From Enoplolaimus lenunculus (lineage: Eukaryota), in NCBI GenBank assembly GCA_030248215.1, contig JASANG010003711.1:682001-746000 (forward strand): a stretch of 64,000 nucleotides of DNA, given 5' to 3'. The translations under genes and the position numbers were made by a program. The stretch's first letter is position 1. Each line of letters opens with the position of its first letter. Shown in pieces: positions 23,001 to 33,900 of the stretch. The notes under the pieces are model-generated. The model had not been told where the DNA came from and ran no database searches. It was given only the letters and a program-made list of their open reading frames with translations.

Positions 23001-25779
23001 ACCATGTCTTTGAACTTGAGCGTAGAAGTTTAGCTTAAAAGCCTAACTCTACTCTATTGCTGTCCGCAGTAAAACGGAGCGTCCCTAAATGTAACGCGGA
23101 CCAAAGTAGGCATGTATACCTATAGTCATGATTACGAGTTGCAACGTAATGTCATATCGTAATTTCAGCTGCGTAGCCACGTGTTTAATATTAAGGGGAG
23201 CAGAAAACTTGTGCACGAAAGCGAGTTTCATGTGTTGCCCGCTGAAAAAGGTCCTAAAACCATTGAACAAAAATTCAGTGGACACAATTCGATGACTACT
23301 TCTTGTACACTGTTAATTTTAATGAGTTGATTTTAACTCAAGTTAATTGAATCACTCAATCTGAGTTAGGACAATCAGAACTCAGAACTTTGACTTGATT
23401 CACTTCATTGTGAGCTAATCAAACAACTCATCCAGTGTCAACTCAACTCAGAGTGAGAATGAGCTCAGCTCGGAATGAGCTAATGTTTCCTAATTTTAAT
23501 TCAGAAATACCTAACTCGAATTTTCGCTCGCATTTTTATTATCTAAACAAGAGGCAGGATATATTAATTTTAAAAGGTCCAAGTCCAAATAATTTAAACG
23601 CGTAGTAACTCTCGACCGTACTCGAAACCCAAGCCACAATTTTACTGCAATTTCAGCTGAAAGCGGATCGCAATTTGTTACAAAACATATAGTTGAGAAG
23701 TTTTTGCTTCCGTCATCAGCATTGTTTTGGGTTCCATATTAATTCACCCTATTTTGATTACGTACCAACTAGCCAAAATAGCACATTCCAGTTTGCGTTG
23801 ATTAAAATTTTCATTTTCGTTTGCAGTAGATTTGGTTAAACGCAAAATGATTTCTTTAGCTATTTCTTTCAATAGGCAACCGGTTACTTATGATAGTATT
23901 AAGGCAAATTTTTCATACTGAAAAGATAACAGAATAAATTACCCTGAATATTGTTCGAAGCACAGGAGCAGGAGACCTTTTGTTCATATGACAAATGTAT
24001 TGCAAATATTAATGAATTTTAACATTTTAATCAAAAAATATTTAGTGAGTTTTGTACGTTTCCTCGCCCACAAGGCTTACGCCGCTTAGACTCAGGCTTC
24101 GGCTCGAAACTGGCTTGCCTGAGCCTGACAACTCTTTTGATTGAATACGAATGTTATTATTTGAAGGACAAATCATAAATTACTTGAAATCAAGCGAAGC
24201 CATATTAATATTTCAAAACTACTTTGGCATTAAAGTTTTATTTTAATAAGTAGATTTACGCGGAGGTGATATCTGGAAAATGTTCGTGGAAATTAAACAT
24301 TTATTTCCGGAAGTGATACGAGGCTGATACAAAAACTGAGATCTATTATAATACGGTCAAGTGTATGAGCTGTAGTAGTAGGCGGTTTGACAAACGTCGT
24401 TGAAGATAGTAATTATTCACGGCAGCTATCTGTAACAAAGTCAAACAGTGATCAGCCAATAAAAATCAGTTCACATTAACACTGTACGTGGTTGCTTGGG
24501 CCGAAAGCTTTAAGATTGAGACGTCCCTGTTCAAAACTGGGACAAATAGGTGTTTGCAATTTGACATATATACTAAATATACGACAGACTTTCAAATATT
24601 TAACTTTATTCACTGAACTCGCAAGCCGCGACAAGCATTAATTTTAAGTCTCTTGTAGGTGATTTTGACAAATTTGTCTCATGTAATCTTAATTATAATT
24701 ATGTCACCAATAACGGCTATAGGTGTGGACACGGCAAACACCGTTAGCTAATAATAAAAGTCCGCAACCAATTATGCGCATATAATGAGCCAAAAATCAA
24801 AAAGTTAACTACGGATAGAGAAAAAGCACAAAAACTGCTGTATGGCAATTTTGTGAAAATTCTAGGAAAAGCGGTATGTTTTGTTTTCATAAAACCACAA
24901 AAAAGCCCTAGAAATTTATATTTGTGCGTTATTGAAATTTTATAATTAAGATAATCATTTTCCTGAATATTATTCCTTGTATTAATATAAAATACCAAAA
25001 CAATTGAAAAGATAAAAAAAGCTGGCCAATTACATAGCTATCGACGGATTTTTAATCAATTTCACCTGCAATGTTTGCTGCTTTAAAGCTAATTATTTCC
25101 CTTGAGATTTATCGTTCATTTCAAAGCTTTAAGCATACTGAAAGCTTTGTGAAGTCAAAACATTTACTGTTGAATAAAACAAAAACCAAGCGGATGTGAT
25201 ATGAAGCCGCGATATATGACGCACCAAAAAATAAATCACCAGGACTTGAGATTGTTTCCATGTAACCAGTACCTTTTTAATGTCGGTTGGCACATGTATA
25301 TATAGGGCTGGGCTGTAGCAGTAGTAAAAGCATATTTCTAGGCCTAAACCTAAGGCTAAGCGTAAGCTTAAGCATAAGAATGAGCATATATCTATTAAGC
25401 CTAAGCCTAAGTCGAAGCAAAAAATAGCCAAAAGCTTAAACTTACTGTATTACAGTCTTACAAAACACATTCCGCACCTGATTTTTACGTGGACCTATTA
25501 GTTTTTAAACGTAACCCAAATTTTTTTGCTTTACGAAGATGCAAAACTTTACAGTAGGAAAAGTGAAACTTTCAAATTTTTATTTTATATTTTTTCAACT
25601 GTTGGCGAACGATTTGCGAAGTTGTTATACCACAAACTCGAATATTCGGTGGATGTTAGAGGGTTGATCGCCGACATACGATGACTGTCGTCGCAATAAT
25701 TAACGGTAACCTTTGTGTTACCAGCGTCATTTGTCTCGATTGGTGAGATGTGGCGCAGGCGGCGAAGTCGACGTGCCAT
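7768..25779 (-). CDS. gene model: type II transmembrane collagen (MACIT; collagen XIII/XXIII/XXV-like), spliced
   Basis: Spliced GT-AG exons give a cytoplasmic tail, TM helix (TLCVVVSFCCLVLSCLVY), coiled-coil-like RTAQLEERLATVE, furin site RLKR, interrupted Gly-X-Y domains and NC4 GLDANCPIGPDGLYVPGC. The first and last exons are less certain. Confidence 0.85.
9140..9159 (-). CDS. MACIT collagen candidate 20-nt exon (NIYGVD-R)
   Basis: Acceptor TTGTTTTAG, donor AG|GTAGTG; read-through gives NIYGVDR*. Confidence 0.5.
9209..9470. mobile_element. piggyBac-like MITE carrying a tRNA-like cassette (copy 1)
   Basis: TTAA|CCCTTTCTC ... GAGAAGGGG|TTAA; second copy at 46657-46923. Confidence 0.8.
9843..9935 (-). 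CDS. MACIT collagen exon, NC4 signature GIPGLDANCPIGPDGLYVPGCGARRMNANLK
   Basis: 93 nt, AG/GTAAGT; matches the GLDxPCPxGxDGLPxxGCW C-terminus of collagens XIII/XXIII/XXV. Confidence 0.92.
10298..10342 (-). CDS. MACIT collagen exon GSRGLRGKPGPPGTP
   Basis: 45 nt, phase 0, GT-AG. Confidence 0.9.
10572..10598 (-). CDS. MACIT collagen exon GLSGTPGTQ
   Basis: 27 nt, phase 0, GT-AG. Confidence 0.88.
10658..10772. mobile_element. GC-rich hAT-like element end, intronic copy
   Basis: Highly similar to 3857-3971. Confidence 0.6.
10844..10888 (-). CDS. MACIT collagen exon GDKGEFGLPGPPGRR
   Basis: 45 nt, phase 0, GT-AG. Confidence 0.9.
11506..11532 (-). CDS. MACIT collagen exon GKAGQKGDK
   Basis: 27 nt, phase 0, GT-AG. 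Confidence 0.88.
11771..11945. mobile_element. PIF/Harbinger-like MITE
   Basis: TTA|GGGTTGCGCTAT ... ATAGCGGAACCC|TTA; related copy near 37621-37770. Confidence 0.65.
12432..12828. mobile_element. Tc1/mariner-like MITE family A
   Basis: TA|CTGTAGTGACCCGAAT ... ATTCGAGCCACTACAG|TA. Confidence 0.8.
13145..13207 (-). CDS. MACIT collagen exon GSQGEKGERGIDGQKGKRGKR
   Basis: 63 nt, phase 0, GT-AG. Confidence 0.9.
13484..13591 (-). CDS. MACIT collagen exon GERGDNGVPGYTTVETKDGRTLVPGPPGLPGATGPK (contains NC interruption)
   Basis: 108 nt, phase 0, GT-AG. Confidence 0.9.
14156..14182 (-). CDS. MACIT collagen exon GNPGLPGPK
   Basis: 27 nt, phase 0, GT-AG. Confidence 0.88.
14867..14920 (-). CDS. MACIT collagen exon GDPGTKGDRGPPGLPGPM
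   Basis: 54 nt, phase 0, GT-AG. Confidence 0.9.
15304..15363 (-). CDS. MACIT collagen exon GPPGPQGLPGLDGRSVKGDK
   Basis: 60 nt, phase 0, GT-AG. Confidence 0.9.
16107..16154 (-). CDS. MACIT collagen exon QHVTSNRLKREVRYIP (furin site RLKR)
   Basis: 48 nt, phase 0, acceptor TTTCAG(CAG), donor GTTAGT. Confidence 0.85.
17795..18243 (-). CDS. MACIT collagen exon: cytoplasmic domain, TM helix and juxtamembrane coiled coil
   Basis: ORF 17684-18235 trimmed at donor CAG|GTGAGA (17794); acceptor TTTAAACAG at 18244; in-frame ATG at 18235. Confidence 0.85.
18793..19012. mobile_element. MITE family B (subfamily B2, CCTAAG repeats)
   Basis: AATGTGTAAAGAACAGGGGCGGAAC ... TTTACATGGACC; similar to 31674-31869; boundaries approximate. 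Confidence 0.65.
19119..19338. mobile_element. EnSpm/CACTA-like fold-back MITE
   Basis: CACTGTAAAGAATGGTGAGTGAAATTGACTCTCTCCGAAATAGG ... CCTATTTCGGGGAGAGTCAATTTGACTCACCAGTTTTTGCAGTG; half-copies at about 18684-18780 and 2868-2903. Confidence 0.65.
19466..19592. repeat. 42-bp tandem repeat, about 3 units
   Basis: GTGGG(C/T)AC(G/A)AC recurs at 19480, 19522 and 19564. Confidence 0.8.
20466..20911. mobile_element. Tc1/mariner-like MITE family A
   Basis: TA|CTGTAGTGACCCGAATAAG ... CTTATTCAGGTCACTGCAG|TA. Confidence 0.8.
21941..22008. repeat. imperfect (ATT)n microsatellite
   Basis: Direct inspection. Confidence 0.8.
25680..25779 (-). CDS. candidate first coding exon of the MACIT collagen (MARRLRRLRHISPIETNDAGNTKVTVNYCDDSH)
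   Basis: AAAATGG start context, acceptor-like TTACTATAG 7 nt upstream, strong donor C|GTATGT in phase 1, which is the phase needed to enter exon 18243 in frame. Confidence 0.55.
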
Positions 25780-26173
25780 TTTGACACTATAGTAAGGTAC
25801 GAAATTCATCATTATCCCAAAAGTCTTTTCAAGAGCTACTGGTTTCAATTTACAACAAATCACATGAAGTAGTTATTGATAGCAAATGCTATTTAATCGC
25901 ACTTTAATCCAAGCAAAACATATTTTAGGCAGGAACCCTATATGTTTAAAACATTGGAAATAACACTAATTTTTTATTCAAACTTAGGGTACTTAAATAC
26001 AGGTCGCTTTATTAGTAAAATTTTTGCCGTTTCATGCGTCATTTGATGCAATTATTGCTGTGGTATCAAGGGACGTTTTGCATAATGTTATCTATGTATC
26101 AACCCAAACCTCTCAAATCTCTGGTGAACTGAAGCTCGTTTGCATTCATATTTGCAAATGCCACACAAGTTAG

Positions 26174-26358
26174 GGCCCATGTATAGAACAGGGCCGGATC
26201 GTTTTCCGGAGGGTCTATAATAGAGCCATTTTAAGCTTTAGACTGATTTTTTTGTTGAGACTTAGGCTTACAAATATGCTCACCTATACGCTTAGGCTTA
26301 GGCGTAGGCTTAGGAATATGCTTATACTGCTGTTCCGGCCCTGTTCTACACATGGGCT
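26174..26358. mobile_element. MITE family B2 (Merlin-like)
   Basis: GGCCCATG ... CATGGGCT flanked by perfect 8-bp TSD CAAGTTAG; internal CTTAGG repeats. Confidence 0.8.
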
Positions 26359-28561
26359 CAAGTTAGCATCTTTGTTTAAGAAAAGTTTGATACCTTAAAT
26401 GTTGTTAATGCCAAATTGATACAACCATTCGAACAACAATTCATACTGCCTTAAATTTCTTTGCGTTTGTTCGATTTTCAGTTTGAAGTTTTAGGGAAAA
26501 CAGTGTAGTTGTACAAATGCATTGAACGCAGTAGGGTTGAACAAGTTGACATGGTTGTGTACATTAAAACGGTAGTTAATTTAAGCATTGGTTGTGCATT
26601 TATAATTTTGTAAATGTTATTTTTGAACTTTTATACAACTTTCACTAGATTTATTCCACAAAATAATTTAAAAATAAATAAAACGTTGTGGATTTAATAC
26701 AATAATTATTAAAATTTCTTGCTTTTAAGCTACGTTTTAAATTTTTAGAACTATTTAGTTTAATTTTCAAACAAATTTTATTGTACGATAATGAGCGCTT
26801 TAATTTCGCATTTATTCGTAACAAAGTTCGAATGTTAAATTAAATTTGAAATGTGTTACTGTATATTAGCAACCAAATGATAAATACGAAGCAGTAGCAC
26901 TGCATCCGTCAACGCTTGCAAAATATTAACAATTTTGACTAATTAACATACTTTTCAAATGTATCCGATATTATACAATATAAATCATCTCAAAGGCGGC
27001 AGAAAAATGAAACTCTTACAATCTCTTATGAAACTTCCTTTGTATGACACCGGCTGTTTGTCACTATAACACAACGCTATACCTACAGATAGAATCCTGC
27101 CAAGCTAGCAGAACAGTTAAAGTCTCAACGACGCTGTCGTTATTACACGTTGATTTGAACTGGGAACTCCAAATTGTTTCCCTTTTTTGTAGTTTCTGAA
27201 TGTTTCAAAAACCTAGAAGCAACCTGCTGCTAAAGGTACGGTTAAACAGAAAACACAACTTGTTTACAGCTAGGAAGGTGCTATGCGATTTTTCCTTTTT
27301 GCAAGTTAGGTCAGAGATAGGTAAAACTTCCTGGAACCGGACACGATCCAAGGTTGAAACGGGGTAAAGCAAATCTAGTAATTGGGATTGGTATCACAAC
27401 GTTTCGGCACATGTACAACTCGTCGACCGACAATTCGACCGCAAGACTTAATAGGACCGGTACTTTTTTGCTCAAATTGGCGTAGGCTCAAAATTAACTT
27501 TTTCGCGTCCCAAGCTGGCTAGAAAAAGCATTTATCGGGCCTTATACCTTTTCTAAACGGACGAATTTTGTCATTTTTTCCAGTCTTTACTACAAAATTT
27601 GTCGTTTACCGACTTTAAAGGCAATAGGTCATCAAATACTTCGGGCCTCGTTCGGCTGAATAGCGAAATTTTAGGCACGTGTAACCATTCCGGTCCACCG
27701 TTACCGCACCGCTAAAACTGCTATTTGCATAAGGTGGATGTTGGTGAGGGTACTCGGTTAACCTCGAATCGCCCATCGAAGGATGCTGGATCAGCCGCTG
27801 ATTACAAACATATGTGCGTCGTTGTTCTAATTCTCTGCGGTCTCTTACACAGTAAGAACAGAACTGTAAATTCGCATTTGCGCAAATATAACGAGGTGCA
27901 ACTCGTATTAATTATGTATGATTTACATGACTAAACAAATAACATCAAACGAAATAATATAACCGAATGAAACGTTTTTGCTTGCTCGCGTGTTCAGATG
28001 TTTATGAAATATATTATAAGAAATGAAATTCCGCTGCTAAGGTAACAGTTTTTAGCGTTCATCTATTTTCTCTACATTCAGTTCAACTTGCAGACGTTGA
28101 ACAGATTTTAGAGTAAGACATGCAATTAAACTGCTCCGTAAATTGCAAAAAATCGAACTAAAGTTAAAAAACGTATGAATAACATTTTTGATAAATGATA
28201 AAAAGTTTCGTTCTTTCCAACCAAACAATAAATTTAAAAAATTGAGTTGGCGCTGCTCCGAAAAAAGGCCAAAATATTACCTATTAAAGGAGAAATGGTA
28301 AGAATTTAAAGACTATTCGGTAACAGAATGCTTCTATATGGCGAAAATAACTGGGCTTTAGGAGACTCCGTCACCTTGCATATGCACTCGGATTACATCC
28401 GTTTGCTCATGGCTTAATGCGTGCTTCCGACAGCAGAGTATGTGTGCTCTGGAATTGACATACTTGAAACTTCGATCAAACCATAATATTACGTATATTT
28501 ACTAAAAGTAAAGGGGATTGACCTAGTTTATACGCTTAAGCGCATTCAATAGCCAGCCTTA

Positions 28562-28834
28562 AGACCTATTCACACATGCAAGTTTTTGCTGCGAGAACTT
28601 GCAGATGCAACTTGACACTTGCAAGTATTATCCAAAATCCCGTTCGAAAAACTTGCAGCTGCAAATAATTCTTTAAAAATCATAGCTAGGAATTCAGTTC
28701 ACATGTGAATAACAATTGAAGCTCACTGAAATTATTGCAGCCGCTTTCTCATTGGCTAATGAACAAATGCTTATTTTGCGTGCAATTTGAGATGTAAGTT
28801 CTCGCATCAAAAAGATGCATGTGTGAATAGGGCT
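28562..28834. mobile_element. PIF/Harbinger-like MITE family C
   Basis: TTA|AGACCTATTCACACATGCA ... TGCATGTGTGAATAGGGCT|TTA; sisters at 45549 and 50753. Confidence 0.8.
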
Positions 28835-31673
28835 TTAGCGATTCGTAAATCGCAGCATTAAGCCCATTGTCCCATATTCTCAAATGTGTATAGCACCTAT
28901 CATCAGTTCAAAATGTGGTGAATATTTAGCGACAGCATTAACTGATTCAAAAGTTAAAGACCTATCAACAACTGATGATAGGCGCTACACACCTTTGAGA
29001 ATGCAGGCCATTATCTTTTACCTACATCAATTATTGTACTCGCGACTCGTTGTAAGTTTTGTGCTATAGCCACCGCGCCTATAAAAGCTTTATCAGTTCC
29101 ACATTTCCCAGTTTATAACGTTAACGTAACACATATAAATCGTTAAGCCATTACTTTTTCTATTTATGCTAGAGGTACTGCTTTTGAGTCGTGCCACAGG
29201 TTAGCCTCAGCACGCCTTATTACCTTTTCGATCACAACTGTGCACTGGTTTACGCTGTTTCAGGCGTGTGATTTTTTCTAGATGCAGCGAGCATGATTTA
29301 AGAACGCAAGTTGCGCACTTGCGCAGAACTCGTGCTATGACATTCGTTCCAAGGTTGTGCCTGCGGAAGGGCGGTGATTTAGGTAATTATTCCATTGTAA
29401 AAATTTAGAGACATTGAATTGATTTTACTTCGGGTGTCAAATGAGCGCAGCAGCCTGGCCAATACCGAAAAGGTTTTAAGATTCGGCAATGAATCCGATC
29501 TTCGGTAAGCAGTCAATGGTCAAAACACATGCATGACAGTTTAGAATCCTCTCGAGCGAGAAACCGCCGTATTTCCTGCGTAAAATGTTTTAAATTCTAC
29601 CACAAAAGTGTAATTATTTGTGGATTTTTAAGCTTTATACAGTCTTCGATAATCTCACCGGAGACCTTGGGGCTCACAATTTACTTTGAATCTTTTTCAA
29701 CTGGTGACTCAAAATTTTCCTATTAACGAACTCAGACTGTCGGCTTTTCTCTTTTTACGGGTCCGATGTGAGTTGCACAAATGTTAACACCATGACTTGC
29801 ACATTGAACTGAGTGGTCCACGTTTAGAACAATGGCGGACTAAATAATTGGCAAGGAGCCAAAATAGAGAAAGCCGTGAAGATACTGATTTATCAAAAAA
29901 AGAATTCATTAAATTAATACAACACAGTTTGAAACCGGCGGGTCATACGATAAGTATACCATTATTTCGTGTCAGAACGTCTACAAAATTAATTTTAAAA
30001 CTGCGATAGGCGTAAATAATGACTTCCGTACCAGCAGTCTCTAGAACTATTTTTACAATTTATAAAACCATCTCGTTTTGCATAATCAGGAACACGTCAC
30101 GTATTTTGGCGAAAAATATTCGGCAACCTCAAAGTGTTGCTGTGGTAGCGCGGTATAATGTCATATACACATATATATTCAGCTGAGAATCCATTTTTCA
30201 TAACCGTCTTTTAAACGTGACGTAAGTATGATAAAGCTTAAAATAACACTTGGGAATTTTCGAAGCTGCATCGCGCAATCCCTCGGCGATAGAAAATGCG
30301 ACAAAAGTTGCCAAAGATTTTATTTCCTAATTTTATCAGATTTACTATAAGCAGATATCATTTTGATTCAATGTTTTACGGGACAGTTCACCTCCTGTCT
30401 ATGAATCGATAGCGTGGACAGATTTGTGTCGATTTGCGAACATTTGTCTAAAACGGTCGACGACTTAAAATTGAAAACAGATTTTTGGTACTTAGGAGGG
30501 ATATTAACGATGACGTTCTGATTTAGTAGTATATATCGTATATCATTATATTAAAAGCCTAAATTTGACGCTAAACGTGCAAGATAGCCAATGTCCAAAC
30601 GTTGGGCATTTTTATCTATGAATAAGTGATGTATATGTTGTAGCAAATATATTATTTGAGGTGCACAAAAGAAATGTTCTAAAATTCAACTGTCCTATAT
30701 TGAATAATTTAGCAATGTTTTTCATTGTTTGGCAAAATTTTAATTTTAATGCGGCTTTATCGTGTACCATGTCGTGCTCGTAGTCGACGCTTTTGTTGGA
30801 CAGAAGTAGCGCTGGTTGCGGTATTAAGGCTCAACTCAAAGTGGCATATTCAGATCAATATAATTGTGCTTGACTGTGGTGGGCATATACAAGTAGACAG
30901 CAACACAGCCAATGCCTTGAAGCAACTTTCAAAAAATATCATCCGGAGAATTTTTCTGTAAGGTTGTTTGCTTCAATGACCCATGTGCCAAGTACGGCAG
31001 TCTTTCTCTGGCCCAAATATTTATCGAATGTGAAAGAATTTTATGGTAGAAGATTTTATTCTTGCCGCTTTTGTAATATCAATTTTTCCTGTTAAACACT
31101 TGAGTTTGATAGCCTGACATGCGGCTAAAAGTAAGTGGTACAAAAATAGTAACTGTTAAAATTCAACGAATACAAAACACACTATTAGACACCAAATATA
31201 TGCCGTCTTACGACATGCTGTTTTAAAATTTGTGTCTAAAATGGTTATGAAATTAAACAAAATTAAAAATAAAATCATCAGAAAACTTGCAAATCTCTTC
31301 AGATTAGTTTTTCAGTCTCGTGAAGATTTTGCTGTAATAATTTTTGTTTTGCACTAACTTAGATTTTAGTCGTAAACAAACTTAACTCACAACGGGAAAG
31401 ATTAATCAAAGAATAATATTTTTGTTTTAGATTATATTTCTACACCGCCACAAAAACATTAAGTGGACTTGAAACTGGCCCAGGAGAGATTTCAAGCAAG
31501 TTTTTAAAGTAAAATAGACTTAAAGCAAAAATAGCATCATTTTTGTTTGCTTGCCACTAACGCTATCTTGTGTATAAAAGACACAAATTCTAGCTATTGT
31601 TTTTTAAAAAAATGTTCGTAAAACGCAAAGTTAATTTTCTTTCGTTGAATTGAATTTATCAATTAAATTTTTG

Positions 31674-31869
31674 GACCAATGTAAAGAACAGGGGCGGAAC
31701 AGTATTATAAGCCTAATTCCTAAGCCTAAGCCTAAGCCTAAGCATAAGATTAAGCTTATTCCTAAACCTAAGCCTAAGCCAAATCCAAGCAAAAAAATTA
31801 GTCTAAACTTAAGCTTACTATATTCTAGTCCCACAAAAAAACGTTCCGCCCCTGATCTTTACATGGACC
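31674..31869. mobile_element. MITE family B2 (Merlin-like, CCTAAG repeats)
   Basis: ACCAATGTAAAGAACAGGGGCGGAAC ... GTTCCGCCCCTGATCTTTACATGGACC. Confidence 0.8.
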
Positions 31870-32596
31870 AATTTTGTAAAAATTATAACCATCTGCTGTA
31901 AATGAAAACCATTTTAGTTTATCGTAAAAATATGACCAGTTTTTTAGTTGAACGCTAAACTATTGCAGAATGGTTTTCACTCGAACTTAAAAATATAAGA
32001 AACAGAACAGAACAACTTCGTTTATCATTTATTATGAGATCAGACTCATTTGTTGACTTGTATGTTTAATACAGGTCTATGTTTGGTACCAGTTGTAGTA
32101 ACTTTTCTACCAAATCTGCTTCATAATTTTACGGTGGAAAATCGTTTTTATAGTGAGAGTTGACCCTTCACCGTTTCCCGTCCTCGATATAGGATATTAA
32201 CATAATTGTAGATTCTGAGATAAAAGACAACTGCAGTTATTGTTGTGACAAATTTTGCACTAATAATATATTATTACTATTAAAAATATTAAAATGTATA
32301 CAACATAAGTAACTGCTGTTTGCACAATTATCTTGATTGATTTTATTTTGAAACTACATTGTATGCTGCGGTAACAGTGAGGTTCGATAGACGATTCTTT
32401 GCGTATATCTTTTTAGCTGTAGCTTTCTTTTTTAATATCACGCAGATTTTCAATTATTTAATTTTCACAAATTTGGAAATATAAAAGTAATCTGTTGCCA
32501 TGTGGTCCGCTTGAACATTATTTAGAACAGCCGCGAATGACAGAGACGTACTTCACTCTTGCGGAGCGATGTAATTTTTGTAAAACTTAGCCCCTA

Positions 32597-32821
32597 GACC
32601 CATATACTCAAATGTGTATATAGCAACTATTATCAGTTATTAGTAGATTTTTTGAAACTCAATAAGTATCGCAGTTATTGAAGTCAAAAATGGTGCTGAA
32701 ATAAAGTCAATCATATGCGAAATTTGTGCTAAATTTTAAGCCTCAGCATTTACTGGTTCTAAAGTTACATAATCTGTCATCAACAGGTGATAGGTGTTCC
32801 ACACATTTGAGAACACTGGCC
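32597..32821. mobile_element. Harbinger-like MITE family D
   Basis: CTCAAATGTGTA ... ACACATTTGAGAA termini shared with 43911-44131 and 49795-50014; boundaries approximate. Confidence 0.6.
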
Positions 32822-32851
32822 CTAAAGTTAACTTCTTTAAATATACATATA

Positions 32852-33289
32852 CTGTAGTGACCCAAATAAGGGGGCAATAAGAGGGATCTCCGTATTGTTT
32901 CCCAATCAATAGAAGTCCGTATCCCTTGTAAGAATTAGTAAGCGGATAGAGTCCCTAAACCCTAATTAGAATCCATAAACGTCGATTATCCTTTATTGTA
33001 GCGCATAAATAATTCCACGCCCAAATAAAGTTGAGTTTGCAGCTTACACTATACCTAAGTTTTGAAAGTACATTCCTAAATATAACTTCACATTATCGCT
33101 CAAGCTTTTGAAACAAAACAAATAAACGGTTAATTCAACGGATAATTGCAGTAGTACCAGATATAAATCAGTAACGAGGTTGACGGAGCTAGGGTTAAAA
33201 ATAAATAACAGTCCGTAACCGAATAACATGGGGGCACCCTCTGGAGAGACCAAATAAATATCAGTCCCCTCTTATTCGGGTCACTGCAG
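32852..33289. mobile_element. Tc1/mariner-like MITE family A
   Basis: TA|CTGTAGTGACCCAAATAAG ... CTTATTCGGGTCACTGCAG|TA. Confidence 0.8.
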
Positions 33290-33624
33290 TAGTGCAGTAT
33301 ATACATATATATGCTGCAGGTAACTAGGTATGTCATATAAGTAATTTCTTAACTTGTAAGAAAAGTTGGAAGAAAAGGTTTTTTACTGTCTTTTAGTTTG
33401 GTTACTGAAGAAGCCTAAAACTTTGACATTTGGTGTTCTGTCGGAAAAGTTGTGTTCAACGAGCTGGCTTATAGTTTAAAAAAAGTAAAATATTTTGACA
33501 GATGCTGAGTTGCAGTATATGTTTAAATAGCGTTAACCAAACAATTTACATGTTAATACTGTTTTACACATTGACAATACATGCTCTTCAGTACAAATTG
33601 CCAAAGAATTCAACGGATACTCGG

Positions 33625-33900
33625 CTAACCACGCGAGCCGTAGTATTCGTTGCCCAAAAACAGGACAGGTCCATTACTTGGGTGCTGCAAGTAGTTGGCG
33701 TACTGTTGATGCCGAAACAGTCCAAGAAGCCCTGTTGAGCGCTTTCCGCGAGAACCAAGGAATCCTGTATGTATGTTTTCGACATTGTTTCGTGCTTCTA
33801 CAACGATTGGCGCATGGCCGTTGATAGTGGGATATCCGCTATACGGCCATTCAAACATTTCGTTTGGTACGTATTGCCTTGAATACATTATCGCCGGATC
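33625..33900 (-). CDS. prepropeptide last exon DPAIMYSRQ...NIHTGFLGSRGKRSTGLLGLFR...EYYGSRG*
   Basis: Acceptor TTATTTCCCAG at 33901; 91 aa plus stop; G-KR amidation/cleavage site and terminal Gly. Confidence 0.75.
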   Translation of the reverse strand, partial: DPAIMYSRQYVPNEMFEWPYSGYPTINGHAPIVVEARNNVENIHTGFLGSRGKRSTGLLGLFRHQQYANYLQHPSNGPVLFLGNEYYGSRG

